From an uncultured Collinsella sp. (GTDB lineage: Bacteria; Actinomycetota; Coriobacteriia; Coriobacteriales; Coriobacteriaceae), in contig URWC01000001.1 in NCBI GenBank assembly GCA_900551555.1, positions 1,210-65,209 on the forward strand: a DNA stretch of 64,000 bases. Direction: 5' to 3'. Below the pieces are notes generated by a model, which saw only the letters and a list, made by a program, of their open reading frames with translations, did no database searches and was not told the DNA's origin. Positions 30,267 through 40,134 of the stretch are shown piece by piece. Numbering within the stretch: the first letter of the stretch is position 1; each line of letters begins with the position of its first letter. The position numbers and the translations under genes were made by a program.

Positions 30267-31606
30267 GACCGGTCGCCTCCAAACAAGTCGGAACGCGTGG
30301 CCAAGTAGGCATCGAGGGCCTCGAGCGCACGGTCCGCATAGGCCTGATAGCGGTCGCGCTTGCTGCGGCGCTTACCGTCCTCGAGCGGCGGCACCAGGCC
30401 AAAGTTGACATGCATGGGCTGATAGCCCACGGTGGCAGGATCGGTCGCATAGCCCACGAGCGCACCCAGGGCGCCCACGCGGGGCAACTCGACGGAATCG
30501 GCGCCGATAGCCTCTGCATAGGTGTTGAGCGCCGCGAGCAGACCGGTCGCCACGGCTTCCATGTACCCCTCGGTGCCGGTGATCTGACCGGCCAGGCGCA
30601 CGCCGGTACCGGGCACGGCAAAGGTGCCATCGAGCACGTGCGGGGCGTCGACAAAGGTATTGCGGTGCATGACACCGTAGCGGAAGAACTCAGCGTTCTC
30701 CAGGCCCGGCACCATATGGAAGACGCGCTTCTGCTCGCCAAAGGTCAGGTTGGTCTGGAAGCCCACCAGGTTATAGGCGGTCTTCTCCTTGTTCTCGGCA
30801 CGCAGCTGAATCGCCGCCCAAGGGCGACGTCCGGTACGCGGGTCGGTGAGGCCGACGGGCTTCATGGCGCCAAAGCGAATGGCGTCCTTGCCGGTGCGCG
30901 CAACCTCCTCGGCAGGCTGGCAGGCCTGGAACAGATCGCCGCCCTCAAAGTCCTTGAGCACCACGCGGTCGGCCGTGGTGAGCGCCTCGATAAAGGCCTC
31001 GTACTCCTCCTTGTTGAGCGGAGCGTTGAGATAGTCGCCGCTCCCCTGCTCCTCGTAGCGCGACTGCGAAAACAGCACGTCCATATCGAGCGTGGAGGCA
31101 TCGACGATCGGCGCCGCGGCATCGAAGAACGCAAGGGCGTCGCCACCGACGAGCTTCATGACCTCTTCGCTCAGCGCCGGTGAACACAGCGGGCCCGCGG
31201 CAATGACCACGTGGCCCTCGGGGATCTGGGTGACCTCGCCGTGAACGACCTCGATATTGGGGCGGGCGGCAACCTCAGCCTCGACGAGCTCGGAGAATGT
31301 AACACGGTCGACCGCCAGGGCGCCACCAGCGGGAACAGCAGCGCGATGGGCGCAGTCGAGCAGGACTGAACCCATGCGCTCAAGCTCGGCCTTCAGCAAA
31401 CCAGCCGCGGAATCCGGACGGGTCGACTTAAACGAATTGGAGCAGACGAGCTCTGCCAGGTGATCGGTATGGTGAGCCGGGGAGCTCACCTGGGGGCGCA
31501 TCTCGCACAGCTTTACGGCAAACCCGCGGTCTGCCAGCTGGATCGCGCATTCCGAACCCGCCAGACCGCCACCGATAACCGTCACCTGATCGAACTGCAT
31601 CTGCAA
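30263..31606 (-). CDS. trmFO: Folate/FAD-dependent tRNA (uracil-54) methyltransferase TrmFO
   Basis: VIGGGLAGSE, AELVCSNS, VPAGGALAVDR, KPVGL.DP, NLVGFQT.L, RYGVMHRN, AGQITG.EGY.E. Confidence 0.96.
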   Translation of the reverse strand: MQMQFDQVTVIGGGLAGSECAIQLADRGFAVKLCEMRPQVSSPAHHTDHLAELVCSNSFKSTRPDSAAGLLKAELERMGSVLLDCAHRAAVPAGGALAVDRVTFSELVEAEVAARPNIEVVHGEVTQIPEGHVVIAAGPLCSPALSEEVMKLVGGDALAFFDAAAPIVDASTLDMDVLFSQSRYEEQGSGDYLNAPLNKEEYEAFIEALTTADRVVLKDFEGGDLFQACQPAEEVARTGKDAIRFGAMKPVGLTDPRTGRRPWAAIQLRAENKEKTAYNLVGFQTNLTFGEQKRVFHMVPGLENAEFFRYGVMHRNTFVDAPHVLDGTFAVPGTGVRLAGQITGTEGYMEAVATGLLAALNTYAEAIGADSVELPRVGALGALVGYATDPATVGYQPMHVNFGLVPPLEDGKRRSKRDRYQAYADRALEALDAYLATRSDLFGGDRS

Positions 31607-31614
31607 ACACCTTT

Positions 31615-32550
31615 CTAATTGACACGTTTTCCATTGTGACCGAAGGGCGTCTGGGCGTGAAGGGCAAACTTGGAGGGCGCATACCTTCCATCCATCATGC
31701 GCTCGATAAGGCCCTCGAGTTCAAGCGAACCCAAGAGTTTGAGTACGCCGACAGCATCGAGTGAGACGAGCGCCGCGATGTCGTCGACCTTGAGCGGAGA
31801 GGCGATGAGCGCATGCATCACGGTCTGCTGTGTTGGATTCAGGTCGGCAATGCCGGGAGCATCGGGGCGCGAGTAGCGCAGGGTGCCGTATATGCGAGAG
31901 ATAGCCATCTCGATGGACTCCTCGTCGACAATGCAGCAGGCACCGTTCGCAATGAGGTAATTCGTGCCACGCGACTCGGGCGACAGGATCGACCCCGGCA
32001 CGGCAAGAAGTTCGCGCCCCAAATCCATAGCAGCCTCGGCTGTAGAAAACGTCCCGGAAGGCATACCCGCCTCGGATACAAAGAGGGCTTGCGACAGGGC
32101 CGCGATCACGCGATTGCGACGCGGAAAGGCAAACTTGCGCGGACCCATGCCCCACGGAGAGATCGACACGACCGCGCCGCCCGTATCGAGCGTGCGCGTA
32201 ATAAGCCCCGCGCTCGAACGCGGGTAGACCACGTCGGCGCCCGTCCCCAGCACCACGACGTGTTTGCCGCCGGCGTTGACCGCAGCCCAACCCGAGGCCT
32301 GGTCACAACCGACTGCACCGCCCGAAACTACCGTCACTCCCGCCTCAACCGCCACCTTCGCCGCAAGCTCTGCCACGGCAAGACCATACGGCGAGGCCTT
32401 TCGCGCACCGATGATGGAGAGCGCGGGCGTCGAAAGCGCCTCGGGGTTGCCGCGCACATAGAGCGTCTGAGGTACATCAGAAAGCTCCAAAACGGTCTCG
32501 GGATACAACGCATCACCTGGATGCAGCTCGAAGGTCCCCTCAGCTATCAT
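31615..32550 (-). CDS. dprA: DNA processing protein DprA
   Basis: YP..L, LY.RGN, IIG.R.AS.YG, VVSG.A.G.D, FP.RNR.IAALS, AVPG.I, C-terminal winged helix. Confidence 0.94.
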   Translation of the reverse strand: MIAEGTFELHPGDALYPETVLELSDVPQTLYVRGNPEALSTPALSIIGARKASPYGLAVAELAAKVAVEAGVTVVSGGAVGCDQASGWAAVNAGGKHVVVLGTGADVVYPRSSAGLITRTLDTGGAVVSISPWGMGPRKFAFPRRNRVIAALSQALFVSEAGMPSGTFSTAEAAMDLGRELLAVPGSILSPESRGTNYLIANGACCIVDEESIEMAISRIYGTLRYSRPDAPGIADLNPTQQTVMHALIASPLKVDDIAALVSLDAVGVLKLLGSLELEGLIERMMDGRYAPSKFALHAQTPFGHNGKRVN

Positions 32551-34070
32551 TGGTCCCTCCTTCCCTGGTACATCGCCGCCTCGAGCACGTGGTCCTGCGT
32601 CACTTGCTCGCTCTCGGCGACGTCAGCGATTGTACGCGCGATACGCACCAGGCGTACGATGCCGCGGCCCGTGAGATGTGTGCGTTTGGATAGGCCGAGT
32701 ACGCATTTCTCGGCAGCATCATCGAGCTCGAAGGTCGAAACGACGCCGTCAATGGACCGCGTCTCGTCATCCTCGGCCTCGGCATCCGCATCGTCCATAC
32801 GGGACTCGCGCCAGGCGCGAAAGGCACGACCGCGCACAACGTAGTCACGTAACTCGGCCGACGACATACCCTCCGCACCCTCGATAATCACTTGAGGGTC
32901 GGGACGGGTCACATCGATCATCATGTCGATACGGTCGGCCAAGGGACCGCGCAGTTTAGACCGATAGCGCTCGACCATCGCCGCCGAGCAGCGACACGGT
33001 ACCTCGCGATCGCCCAAAAAGCCGCAGGGGCAGGGATTGCTCGCAGCCAGCAGCTGAAAGCGCGACGGGAAGGTAAAAGCCCCGTCGACGCGTACGATCC
33101 TCACATAGCCGCGCTCGATGGGCTGACGCAGCGTCTGCAGCACGCCAGTGGGAAACTCGGCTAGCTCGTCCAAAAAGAGCACGCCGCCATGAGCTAGGCT
33201 AATTTCGCCCGGATGCACTGGACGTCCGCCGCCGATGAGGCCCGCGGTCGAAATGCTGTGATGCGGGCTGCGGAAGGGGCGATGCCCCGCAAGCAGTCCA
33301 TCGATGTTCTCGCCCAAGACCGAATGGATGCACAGCGCCTCTTGCTGATCCTCGAGAGAAAGCTCGGGCAAAATGCCTGTCATGCGCCGCGCAAGCATGG
33401 TCTTGCCCGATCCCGGGGACCCGATCATAAGCAAACCTAGCTCACCCGCTGCCGCCAGTGCCATGCCGCGTTTGGCAACCTCCTGCCCCAGCACGTCGGC
33501 ATAGTCGAGTTCGGGCTCAAAAGTAGCCTCCACACCCTCGGAATCCAGATAATGCCGCGCGGCATCGCCCATACCATGAGCAAGCTGAGACAAATGATCT
33601 ATGAATCCGCAATCCACGCCCGCGAGTGGCACATGCTGGTCTGATCTTCCAGCGATAAAAGACAGCCCCATGTCGCGAGCCAGCAGCTGAAACGCCACCT
33701 CGCCCTTGACAGGAAGCACCGTACCGTCCAAGCCAAGCTCACCGGCGATAAGACAACGATCGAGGTTGTCGCGGGGAATCTGACCATCGGCCGCCAATAC
33801 CGCGATGGCGATGGGAAGATCAAAGCCGCTACCGGTCTTGCGAATATCGCCAGGTGCCAGATTGACCGTAATGCCCGAGCGTGGGATCTCGAACCCGGCG
33901 GAGCGCATCGCACAGCGAATGCGACCACGCGACTCCATCACCTCCATACTCGGGATGCCGAGCATCTGAATGCCCGGAACGCCGCCGGCAAGCGAGACCT
34001 CGACCGTGACGTGAATCGCCTCGACGCCGCGGATGCAGGCCGCGTGAACGGCAAACGTCTCGAACGCCAT
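32547..34070 (-). CDS. comM: ComM / YifB Mg-chelatase-like AAA+ helicase
   Basis: ITVNLAP.D.RK.GSGFDLPIA, G.PGSGKTMLARR, PFRSPHHS, PGEISLAH.GVLFLDE, NPCPCG, GPL.DRID, ARTIAD. Confidence 0.95.
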   Translation of the reverse strand: MAFETFAVHAACIRGVEAIHVTVEVSLAGGVPGIQMLGIPSMEVMESRGRIRCAMRSAGFEIPRSGITVNLAPGDIRKTGSGFDLPIAIAVLAADGQIPRDNLDRCLIAGELGLDGTVLPVKGEVAFQLLARDMGLSFIAGRSDQHVPLAGVDCGFIDHLSQLAHGMGDAARHYLDSEGVEATFEPELDYADVLGQEVAKRGMALAAAGELGLLMIGSPGSGKTMLARRMTGILPELSLEDQQEALCIHSVLGENIDGLLAGHRPFRSPHHSISTAGLIGGGRPVHPGEISLAHGGVLFLDELAEFPTGVLQTLRQPIERGYVRIVRVDGAFTFPSRFQLLAASNPCPCGFLGDREVPCRCSAAMVERYRSKLRGPLADRIDMMIDVTRPDPQVIIEGAEGMSSAELRDYVVRGRAFRAWRESRMDDADAEAEDDETRSIDGVVSTFELDDAAEKCVLGLSKRTHLTGRGIVRLVRIARTIADVAESEQVTQDHVLEAAMYQGRRDQ

Positions 34071-34555
34071 CACGACACCTGCCAATCGAACGCGTTGTAC
34101 TGATGCTCGATCTCGGCGATATGCCCGCCGCGGATGGTGACACCCACGGCATCGAAGCGAATCGCCTTGAGCGGATAATGCTCCATGAGATAGCAACTTG
34201 CGATGCGGCGGTAGCGGCGTTGCTTTTGGGCGTCCACGGCCTCCTCGGGAAAGACCCGCGTGGTGCAATCCAGGGCGACGCGTCTGGTCTTGACCTCGGC
34301 CATCACCACGACATCGTCGAGCTCATCGAGCAGCACCAGATCGGCCTCGCCCTCGGTGCAACGATAGCCCTGCTCCAGCAAGGTGTAGCCGCGCTCGTTA
34401 AAGTAGTCGATGGTGATCAGCTCGCCCAGCATGCCTAGCTCGCGGGGACTGAGTCCCTTGATAAACTCGGGCGTCATCGCCCCGGAGTCGAGCTCGCCGT
34501 TTTCCCAACGCTCCTTGAGCTGCTGCGTCTTGCTCTTTTTGCTTGCGGCACTCAT
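34070..34555 (-). CDS. yraN: YraN family PD-(D/E)XK nuclease with a ~30-aa N-terminal extension
   Basis: LG..GE, GE.DLV, EVKTR, EAV...KQ.R, RFD.V; GAAAGGAGA SD; translationally coupled to comM. Confidence 0.88.
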   Translation of the reverse strand: MSAASKKSKTQQLKERWENGELDSGAMTPEFIKGLSPRELGMLGELITIDYFNERGYTLLEQGYRCTEGEADLVLLDELDDVVVMAEVKTRRVALDCTTRVFPEEAVDAQKQRRYRRIASCYLMEHYPLKAIRFDAVGVTIRGGHIAEIEHQYNAFDWQVS

Positions 34556-34626
34556 GGGGTCTCCTTTCCCGCACACTGCATTGCCCCGATGATGAGGGCA
34601 CCTTTCATGCGGGTAAGTACCGGAAG

Positions 34627-34646
34627 CAAACCAAAAGCTGACCAAA
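34627..34646 (-). promoter_or_regulatory. Candidate competence box upstream of yraN-comM-dprA (TTTGGTCAGCTTTTGGTTTG)
   Basis: 17/20 identical to 5276-5295 upstream of comEA. Confidence 0.6.
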
Positions 34647-34653
34647 TGCCGAC

Positions 34654-34695
34654 AAAAAACGGGCCGTACGCAGCAATGCTGTTGCATACGGCCCG
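34654..34695 (-). terminator. Intrinsic terminator after rnhB, insulating the yraN operon
   Basis: CGGGCCGTATGCAACA-GCAT-TGCTGCGTACGGCCCG followed by TTTTTT. Confidence 0.85.
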
Positions 34696-34744
34696 CTACC
34701 AGCAGGTATATAGAACCTTTAAGGTCTCTATCTCCACAATTGAC

Positions 34745-35533
34745 CTAGAAAAGCCGCTCGGTCTGCAGAAAGTTTCCGCAAAAGCTCACGCGGTGCAGCG
34801 GACAAAGTCCATGTTTGCGAATAGCCTCGATATGCTCGGGGCTCGCATAGCCCTTCGACTCGGCCAGATGGTACTCGGGATACTCGGCGTCGTACTCGAC
34901 CATCATCTCGTCACGCGTGACCTTGGCCATGATGGACGCCGCGGCGATGCAGGCGATCTTGGCGTCGCCCTTCACCACATCGCGCTCGTTGGGAACGGCG
35001 CCCAAGGGGTTGCCATCCATGAGGACGCAGTCGGGTTCAAGCCCCGTATCGGCCACGGCTCCCTCGACGGCAGCGCGGATGGCCCGGGCCATACCCATAT
35101 CATCGATATCCGCAGGCGCGATATGACAAAAGCCGATAGCAGTCGCGACCTCGGCAATCTTCACCGAGAGCAGCTCGCGGCGCGCCGGCGTGAGCTTTTT
35201 GGAATCGTTGATGCCCCAGACGCGCGGCTCCATAGGAAGGCACACGGCGCACACCGTCAAAGGACCGGCCACCGAGCCGCGACCCACCTCGTCGACGCCC
35301 ACGACCACGCCATCCCCACCGAGCTCGTGCATCAGCTCGTACATGCCGTCGACGCGCTCGCGCTCGGCAAGTTCCTTGGCATGGCGCTTAAGGGCACGTT
35401 CGCAAGCCTTGATCACCTGCTGGCGCGGATCCTCGCGATAATGCTCCACGAGGGCGGGGATCTCCTCAAACGTGGCGCTCGCCAGCTCGCCGGCAACCTG
35501 CGATGCCGAAACCGAGCTCGTCATATTGGCCAT
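34745..35533 (-). CDS. rnhB: Ribonuclease HII
   Basis: GVDEVGRG..AGP, DSKKL, DG, KGDA....IAAASI.AKV.RD, KGY, HR.SF; AAGGAGG SD. Confidence 0.96.
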   Translation of the reverse strand: MANMTSSVSASQVAGELASATFEEIPALVEHYREDPRQQVIKACERALKRHAKELAERERVDGMYELMHELGGDGVVVGVDEVGRGSVAGPLTVCAVCLPMEPRVWGINDSKKLTPARRELLSVKIAEVATAIGFCHIAPADIDDMGMARAIRAAVEGAVADTGLEPDCVLMDGNPLGAVPNERDVVKGDAKIACIAAASIMAKVTRDEMMVEYDAEYPEYHLAESKGYASPEHIEAIRKHGLCPLHRVSFCGNFLQTERLF

Positions 35534-35562
35534 ACCAGGCCCTCCTTGCATGCAAATCAGAT

Positions 35563-35592
35563 AAAAAGAAGGGCCACCCGAAGGTGACCCTT
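35563..35592 (-). terminator. Intrinsic terminator after rplS
   Basis: AAGGGTCACC-TTCG-GGTGGCCCTT followed by CTTTTT. Confidence 0.85.
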
Positions 35593-35626
35593 GTGTCCAA
35601 ACGAGTGGACAGACGCTGCGATCTTC

Positions 35627-35968
35627 TTAGCGCTTCTCGGGGATGCGAGCAGCCTTGCCCACCTTGTCGCGGAGGTAGTACAGCTTGGCGCGACGGACGC
35701 GACCATGACGAACGACCTCGAGCTTGGCGATCTTGGGGCTGTGAAGCGGGAAGGTACGCTCAACACCGACACCGAAGGACATCTTGCGGACGGTGAAGGT
35801 CTCGCGGGCACCGGCGCCGGCCATGCGGATGACGTCGCCCTGGAAGACCTGGATGCGCTCGCGGTCGCCTTCCTTAATGCGGTAGTGAACCTTGACGTTG
35901 TCGGCGACGCGAACCTGAGGAATGTCCTCGCGGATCTGCTGACGCTCGATTGCGCGGATGTAATCCAT
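35627..35968 (-). CDS. rplS: 50S ribosomal protein L19
   Basis: [38 protein letters not shown]. Confidence 0.97.
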   Translation of the reverse strand: MDYIRAIERQQIREDIPQVRVADNVKVHYRIKEGDRERIQVFQGDVIRMAGAGARETFTVRKMSFGVGVERTFPLHSPKIAKLEVVRHGRVRRAKLYYLRDKVGKAARIPEKR

Positions 35969-36111
35969 GTGCAATTCCTTACTCTTCTAGAGGTGCCGTA
36001 CCACCTTGGCCGGCACGTAGTTGAACAAACGTATTCGAGTATACACGCGCGGGTTTCTGCTGCAAGAACAATTTTTTACGCAGACAAAAAGACAAAACCC
36101 GCACATGATAA

Positions 36112-36139
36112 CCGCCCGTCTCACGAATGAGACGGGCGG
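36112..36139 (-). terminator. Hairpin after ppdK
   Basis: Perfect 12-bp stem CCGCCCGTCTCA/TGAGACGGGCGG with a TTCG loop on the minus strand; weak U-tail. Confidence 0.6.
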
Positions 36140-36177
36140 CATGAAGGGGGCTACGCTAGGCGTCTAAACCCAAAACG

Positions 36178-38928
36178 TTACGCGGAGTGCTCCGCCTCGA
36201 GCTTGGCCTGGGCGGCCGCAAGACGTGCGAGGGGTACGCGATAGGGCGAACAGGACACGTAGTCCACGTCGGCCACGTTAAACAGGCCCTTGATGGACTT
36301 GGGGTCGCCGCCGTGCTCGCCGCACACGCCAAAGTGCATGTCGGGGTTGGTGGCGCGACCCTTCTCGACAGCCATGCGCACCAGTTCGAGTACTGCCGTG
36401 TCGATGGTCTCGAAGGGATTGTCCTTCAAGATCTTCTTATGCATGTACAGCGGGATGAACTTAGCCTCGGCGTCGTCACGCGAGAAACCGAAGGTCGTCT
36501 GGGTGAGGTCGTTGGTGCCGAAGCAGAAGAAGTCGGCGTGATGGGCGATATCGTCGGCGACCATACAGGCGCGCGGCAACTCGAGCATAGTACCCACGGG
36601 AATGTTGAGCTCGACGCCTTCCTCAGCGGAAACCTCTGCGATCACGCGCTCGATAACCTCGCGGGTCTGGACATGCTCGGCCGTGATGGAGACGAGCGGA
36701 ACCATGATCTCGGGGCGCGGGTCGACGCCCTCCTTGATAAGGCGGGCAGCAGCCGTGGCGACGGCGCGAACCTGCATGAGCGGCAGATCGCTAAAGACGA
36801 CGGACAGGCGCACGCCGCGCAGACCGAGCATGGGGTTCGACTCGACCATGCCGTCGATACGACGCAGGCGGGCGCGCAGGGCGGCAAGCTCTTCCTCGCT
36901 GGCGCCAGCGGCCTCCTTCTTGGTGATGGCGACCTCGAGCTCGCGAGGATTATCCAGGAACTCATGAAGCGGCGGGTCGAGCAGGCGAACGACCACATCG
37001 CGACCGGACATGGTCTTGAACATCGCTAGGAAGTCCTCAGTCTGGACCTTAAGCAGATCGGCCAGGGCCTGCTGCTTCTCGGCCTCATCGTCGGACAGGA
37101 TGAAGCTCTGGATGATGTTCTTTCGATCGCCCAGGAACATATGCTCGGTGCGGCACAGGCCAATAGCCTCGGCGCCAAACTCGAGGGCGAGCTCGGCGTC
37201 CTCGGGGTTGTCGGCGTTGACGCGTACGTGGTTGGCGTGGCCACAGGTCTCGTCCAGACGAATCTCGTCGGCCCAGGACAGGATGGTGTCCAAGTCGCCG
37301 GTGAGCTCGGCCGAAACCAGATCAACGGCGCCGTCGACGACGATACCCTGGGTGCCGTCGATGGAGATGACATCGCCCTCATGCAGCACGCGGTCGCTGC
37401 CCTCGATGCGCACGACCTTCTCGGCGGCGTCGATGTGGAAGCGCTCGACACCGCAGACGCAAGGCGTACCCATGCCGCGGGCGATAACGGCGGCATGGCT
37501 CGTCTTGCCACCGTGGCTTGTCAGAATGCCCTCGGCGGCGACCATGCCTTTCAGGTCGTCGGGGTTAGTCTCCCAGCGGACCAGGATCACCTTGTGACCC
37601 TCGTTGGCGCGCGCGACGGCGTCATCGCTCGAGAACACGACCTCGCCCACGGCGGCACCGGGGCTGGCGTTCAGACCACTGGCCAAGGCCTCGTACTTCT
37701 TGGAGGCGTCAAACTGCGGGTGCAGAAGCTGGTCGAGTTGCGCGGGATCGATGCGTCTCACGGCCTCCTCGCGAGTAATCAGACCCTCCTCGACCATTTC
37801 GATGGCGATGCGCAGGGCGGCGGTAGCAGTGCGCTTGCCCACGCGGGTCTGGAGCATCCAGAGCTTGCCCTGCTCGATGGTGAACTCGATATCGCACATA
37901 TCGCGGTAATGATCCTCGAGCGTCAGGAACACGCGCTCGAGCTCCTCACCTGCAGACTCGAGGCCCAGAGTGGTCTTGAGGTCGGCAATGGGCTCGGTGT
38001 TACGGATGCCGGCGACGACGTCCTCGCCCTGGGCATTAACCAAAAAGTCACCGTAGAACTCCTTGGTGCCGTCAGCCGGATTACGCGTAAAGGCGACGCC
38101 CGTCGCAGAGGTCTCGCCCTTGTTGCCAAAGGCCATGGCCTGCACGTTGACGGCGGTGCCGAGGTCGTCGGAAATGCCATGCTGCTTGCGGTAGATGCAG
38201 GCACGCTCGTTCATCCAGCTGCCAAAGACGGCCTGGATGGCAAGGCGTAGCTGAAGCTCCGGGTCGTGCGGGAAAACGGGCTTGCCGTCAGCGACCTCGA
38301 GCTCGGGATACAGGGAGGCATCGACGTTCTCGGAGAAGATGCCCTTAAAGGTCTCGACGAGTTCCTGCAGGTCCTCGGCCGAAAGCTCGGAATCGACGCG
38401 AACGCCGGCGACCAGACGGGCCTGGGTCAGGGCGTTCTCGAACAGGTCGGCATCGACACCCATGACGACGTTGGAGAACATCTGGATAAAGCGACGATAG
38501 CTATCCCAGGCAAAACGCGGGTTCTGCGTCTGCGCGATGAGGCCCTGGACGGAATCGTCATTGAGGCCCAAGTTGAGGACCGTGTCCATCATACCGGGCA
38601 TGGAGAACGGAGCGCCCGAACGAACCGACACGAGCAGCGGATCGGAGGCGTCGCCGAGCTTCTTGCCGCAGCGGGCCTCGAGGTCCGCCTCGGCGGCAAC
38701 GATCTCATCGAGTGCGCCCTCGGGCCACACGTTGCCGGCACCGGAGTACTCGACGCAAGTCTGGCAGGTAATGGTAAAGCCACCGGGAACCGGCAGGCCG
38801 ATACGGCTCATCTCGGCAAGGTTAGCGCCTTTGCCGCCAAGCACGAAGTTCATGGACTTGTCGCCCTCGGTGACACAGGTGCCCTGGGCGTCGGTTCCAA
38901 AACGGTAAACCCTCTTGCAATCGCTCAC
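36178..38928 (-). CDS. ppdK: Pyruvate, phosphate dikinase
   Basis: LGGKGANLAEM, LVSVRSGA, MPGMMDT.LNLGLN, GG.TSHAAV.ARG (phospho-His), GLCRTEHMF, E.NPMLG.RG.R, FGTNDLTQ, CGEHGGDP. Confidence 0.98.
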   Translation of the reverse strand: MSDCKRVYRFGTDAQGTCVTEGDKSMNFVLGGKGANLAEMSRIGLPVPGGFTITCQTCVEYSGAGNVWPEGALDEIVAAEADLEARCGKKLGDASDPLLVSVRSGAPFSMPGMMDTVLNLGLNDDSVQGLIAQTQNPRFAWDSYRRFIQMFSNVVMGVDADLFENALTQARLVAGVRVDSELSAEDLQELVETFKGIFSENVDASLYPELEVADGKPVFPHDPELQLRLAIQAVFGSWMNERACIYRKQHGISDDLGTAVNVQAMAFGNKGETSATGVAFTRNPADGTKEFYGDFLVNAQGEDVVAGIRNTEPIADLKTTLGLESAGEELERVFLTLEDHYRDMCDIEFTIEQGKLWMLQTRVGKRTATAALRIAIEMVEEGLITREEAVRRIDPAQLDQLLHPQFDASKKYEALASGLNASPGAAVGEVVFSSDDAVARANEGHKVILVRWETNPDDLKGMVAAEGILTSHGGKTSHAAVIARGMGTPCVCGVERFHIDAAEKVVRIEGSDRVLHEGDVISIDGTQGIVVDGAVDLVSAELTGDLDTILSWADEIRLDETCGHANHVRVNADNPEDAELALEFGAEAIGLCRTEHMFLGDRKNIIQSFILSDDEAEKQQALADLLKVQTEDFLAMFKTMSGRDVVVRLLDPPLHEFLDNPRELEVAITKKEAAGASEEELAALRARLRRIDGMVESNPMLGLRGVRLSVVFSDLPLMQVRAVATAAARLIKEGVDPRPEIMVPLVSITAEHVQTREVIERVIAEVSAEEGVELNIPVGTMLELPRACMVADDIAHHADFFCFGTNDLTQTTFGFSRDDAEAKFIPLYMHKKILKDNPFETIDTAVLELVRMAVEKGRATNPDMHFGVCGEHGGDPKSIKGLFNVADVDYVSCSPYRVPLARLAAAQAKLEAEHSA

Positions 38929-39003
38929 GATACTTCCCCTTCCATGCGCTTACGCGCACGACCGTGGTAACGAATCGACCCGCCAGATGCGGGCCGTGAG
39001 GGA

Positions 39004-39032
39004 ACTATACGGCGGGTTTTGAGCGGGCTTAA
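39004..39032 (-). promoter_or_regulatory. Candidate sigma-A promoter of ppdK
   Basis: TTAAGC-N17-TATAGT. Confidence 0.5.
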
Positions 39033-39146
39033 GCAGAGGATGCGCGGTTTGGTAAACGTGCTAAAACTGGCGGTAAACGGTAGGTAAAGGTGGTTACCTT
39101 ATGAAGAGACCACTTCAATAAACTTGCAGGTCAAATGCAAGTAATT

Positions 39147-39164
39147 TGCTAAATCGCTTTACCA
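39147..39164. promoter_or_regulatory. LacI-family-like operator upstream of ppdK
   Basis: Imperfect palindrome TGCTAAATCGCTTTACCA with a central CG. Confidence 0.45.
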
Positions 39165-39224
39165 TTATCGTGCATTATTTTTAGTTAGTCTTTTTAGACG
39201 GGGCTTTTTAGCTACCCCAATAAG

Positions 39225-40100
39225 CTAGCTTTGTTGGGCTCGACGGGCGGCGCGGCGGGCGCGGGCTTCTTGGATTTCCTCCAAGTGGCTGATGATCTCG
39301 GAGGCGCTCTCCTCGATGGCCTTGCCGTCGGTACGTACCACAAAGCAGCCTAGGCGCTTCATGAGCGCACGGGCTTCCTCGAGCTCGCTGTGCACGCTCT
39401 CGGGCTCGGCATAGGAGCCGGCAACGGCACGAGCGTAGTCATCGCCCAAGCGGCTATCGCGAATTTCGGAAATCACATCGACGGTCGAAATCAGGCCGAA
39501 CAGGCGCATCGGGTCAACCTCGTAAATCGACTTCGGCGGCTCCATGCCATGGGCCAACGGAACATTGGCAACCTTGTAGCCCTGATAAGCCAGATACATC
39601 GACAGCGGCGTCTTGGACGTGCGCGATACGCCCAGCAGCACGATATCGGCACCCGACAAATCGTCGCAACCGCGCCCGTCATCGTGCTCAACGAAATATT
39701 CCATGGCCTCGATACGATGGAAATAGCGGTCATCGGTCCTGTGAATCACGCCCGCGACGCCTTTGGGCGGCACACCGATGAGCGACGACAACACGGCGAG
39801 CGTCGGACCGATCAGGTCGACCGAGCGAATATGCAGCATGCCCAGGTAATCGAGCACACGAGCACGTAGCGCCGGGTCGACAATGGTGTGGAACACGGCG
39901 ATATCGCGATGGTCGGCATCGACGCGAGGTCCCACAAACGACTCAACCTGCTCCACCGAGGTCACCTTAGGCAGGCGCAAAACGCGAAAAGCCCCTTCAT
40001 CAAATTGCCCGGACGCCGCAAGCACCACCTCACAAGCGGTATCACCGAGCGAGTCGGAGATAACGATAACGGTGGGACGAACGGCGACCGGGCAATCCAT
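39225..40100 (-). CDS. PPDK regulatory kinase/pyrophosphorylase (DUF299 family)
   Basis: ISDS.G.TA, YF.RIEA, HDDG, P-loop GVSRTSKTPLS.YLA, ANVPL, K.IEE.A; adjacent to ppdK. Confidence 0.93.
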   Translation of the reverse strand: MDCPVAVRPTVIVISDSLGDTACEVVLAASGQFDEGAFRVLRLPKVTSVEQVESFVGPRVDADHRDIAVFHTIVDPALRARVLDYLGMLHIRSVDLIGPTLAVLSSLIGVPPKGVAGVIHRTDDRYFHRIEAMEYFVEHDDGRGCDDLSGADIVLLGVSRTSKTPLSMYLAYQGYKVANVPLAHGMEPPKSIYEVDPMRLFGLISTVDVISEIRDSRLGDDYARAVAGSYAEPESVHSELEEARALMKRLGCFVVRTDGKAIEESASEIISHLEEIQEARARRAARRAQQS

Positions 40101-40134
40101 GCGGGGCTCCTTTTGCGCTTACGCGCAGGCTGGC

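Noticed and set aside
32547..34687. Extended N-termini in the ORF track (comM from 34268, yraN from 34687; similarly pyrD, pyrC, lepB, ispG)
   Set aside because: They overlap upstream genes or terminators; downstream starts have SD sequences or stop-start coupling.
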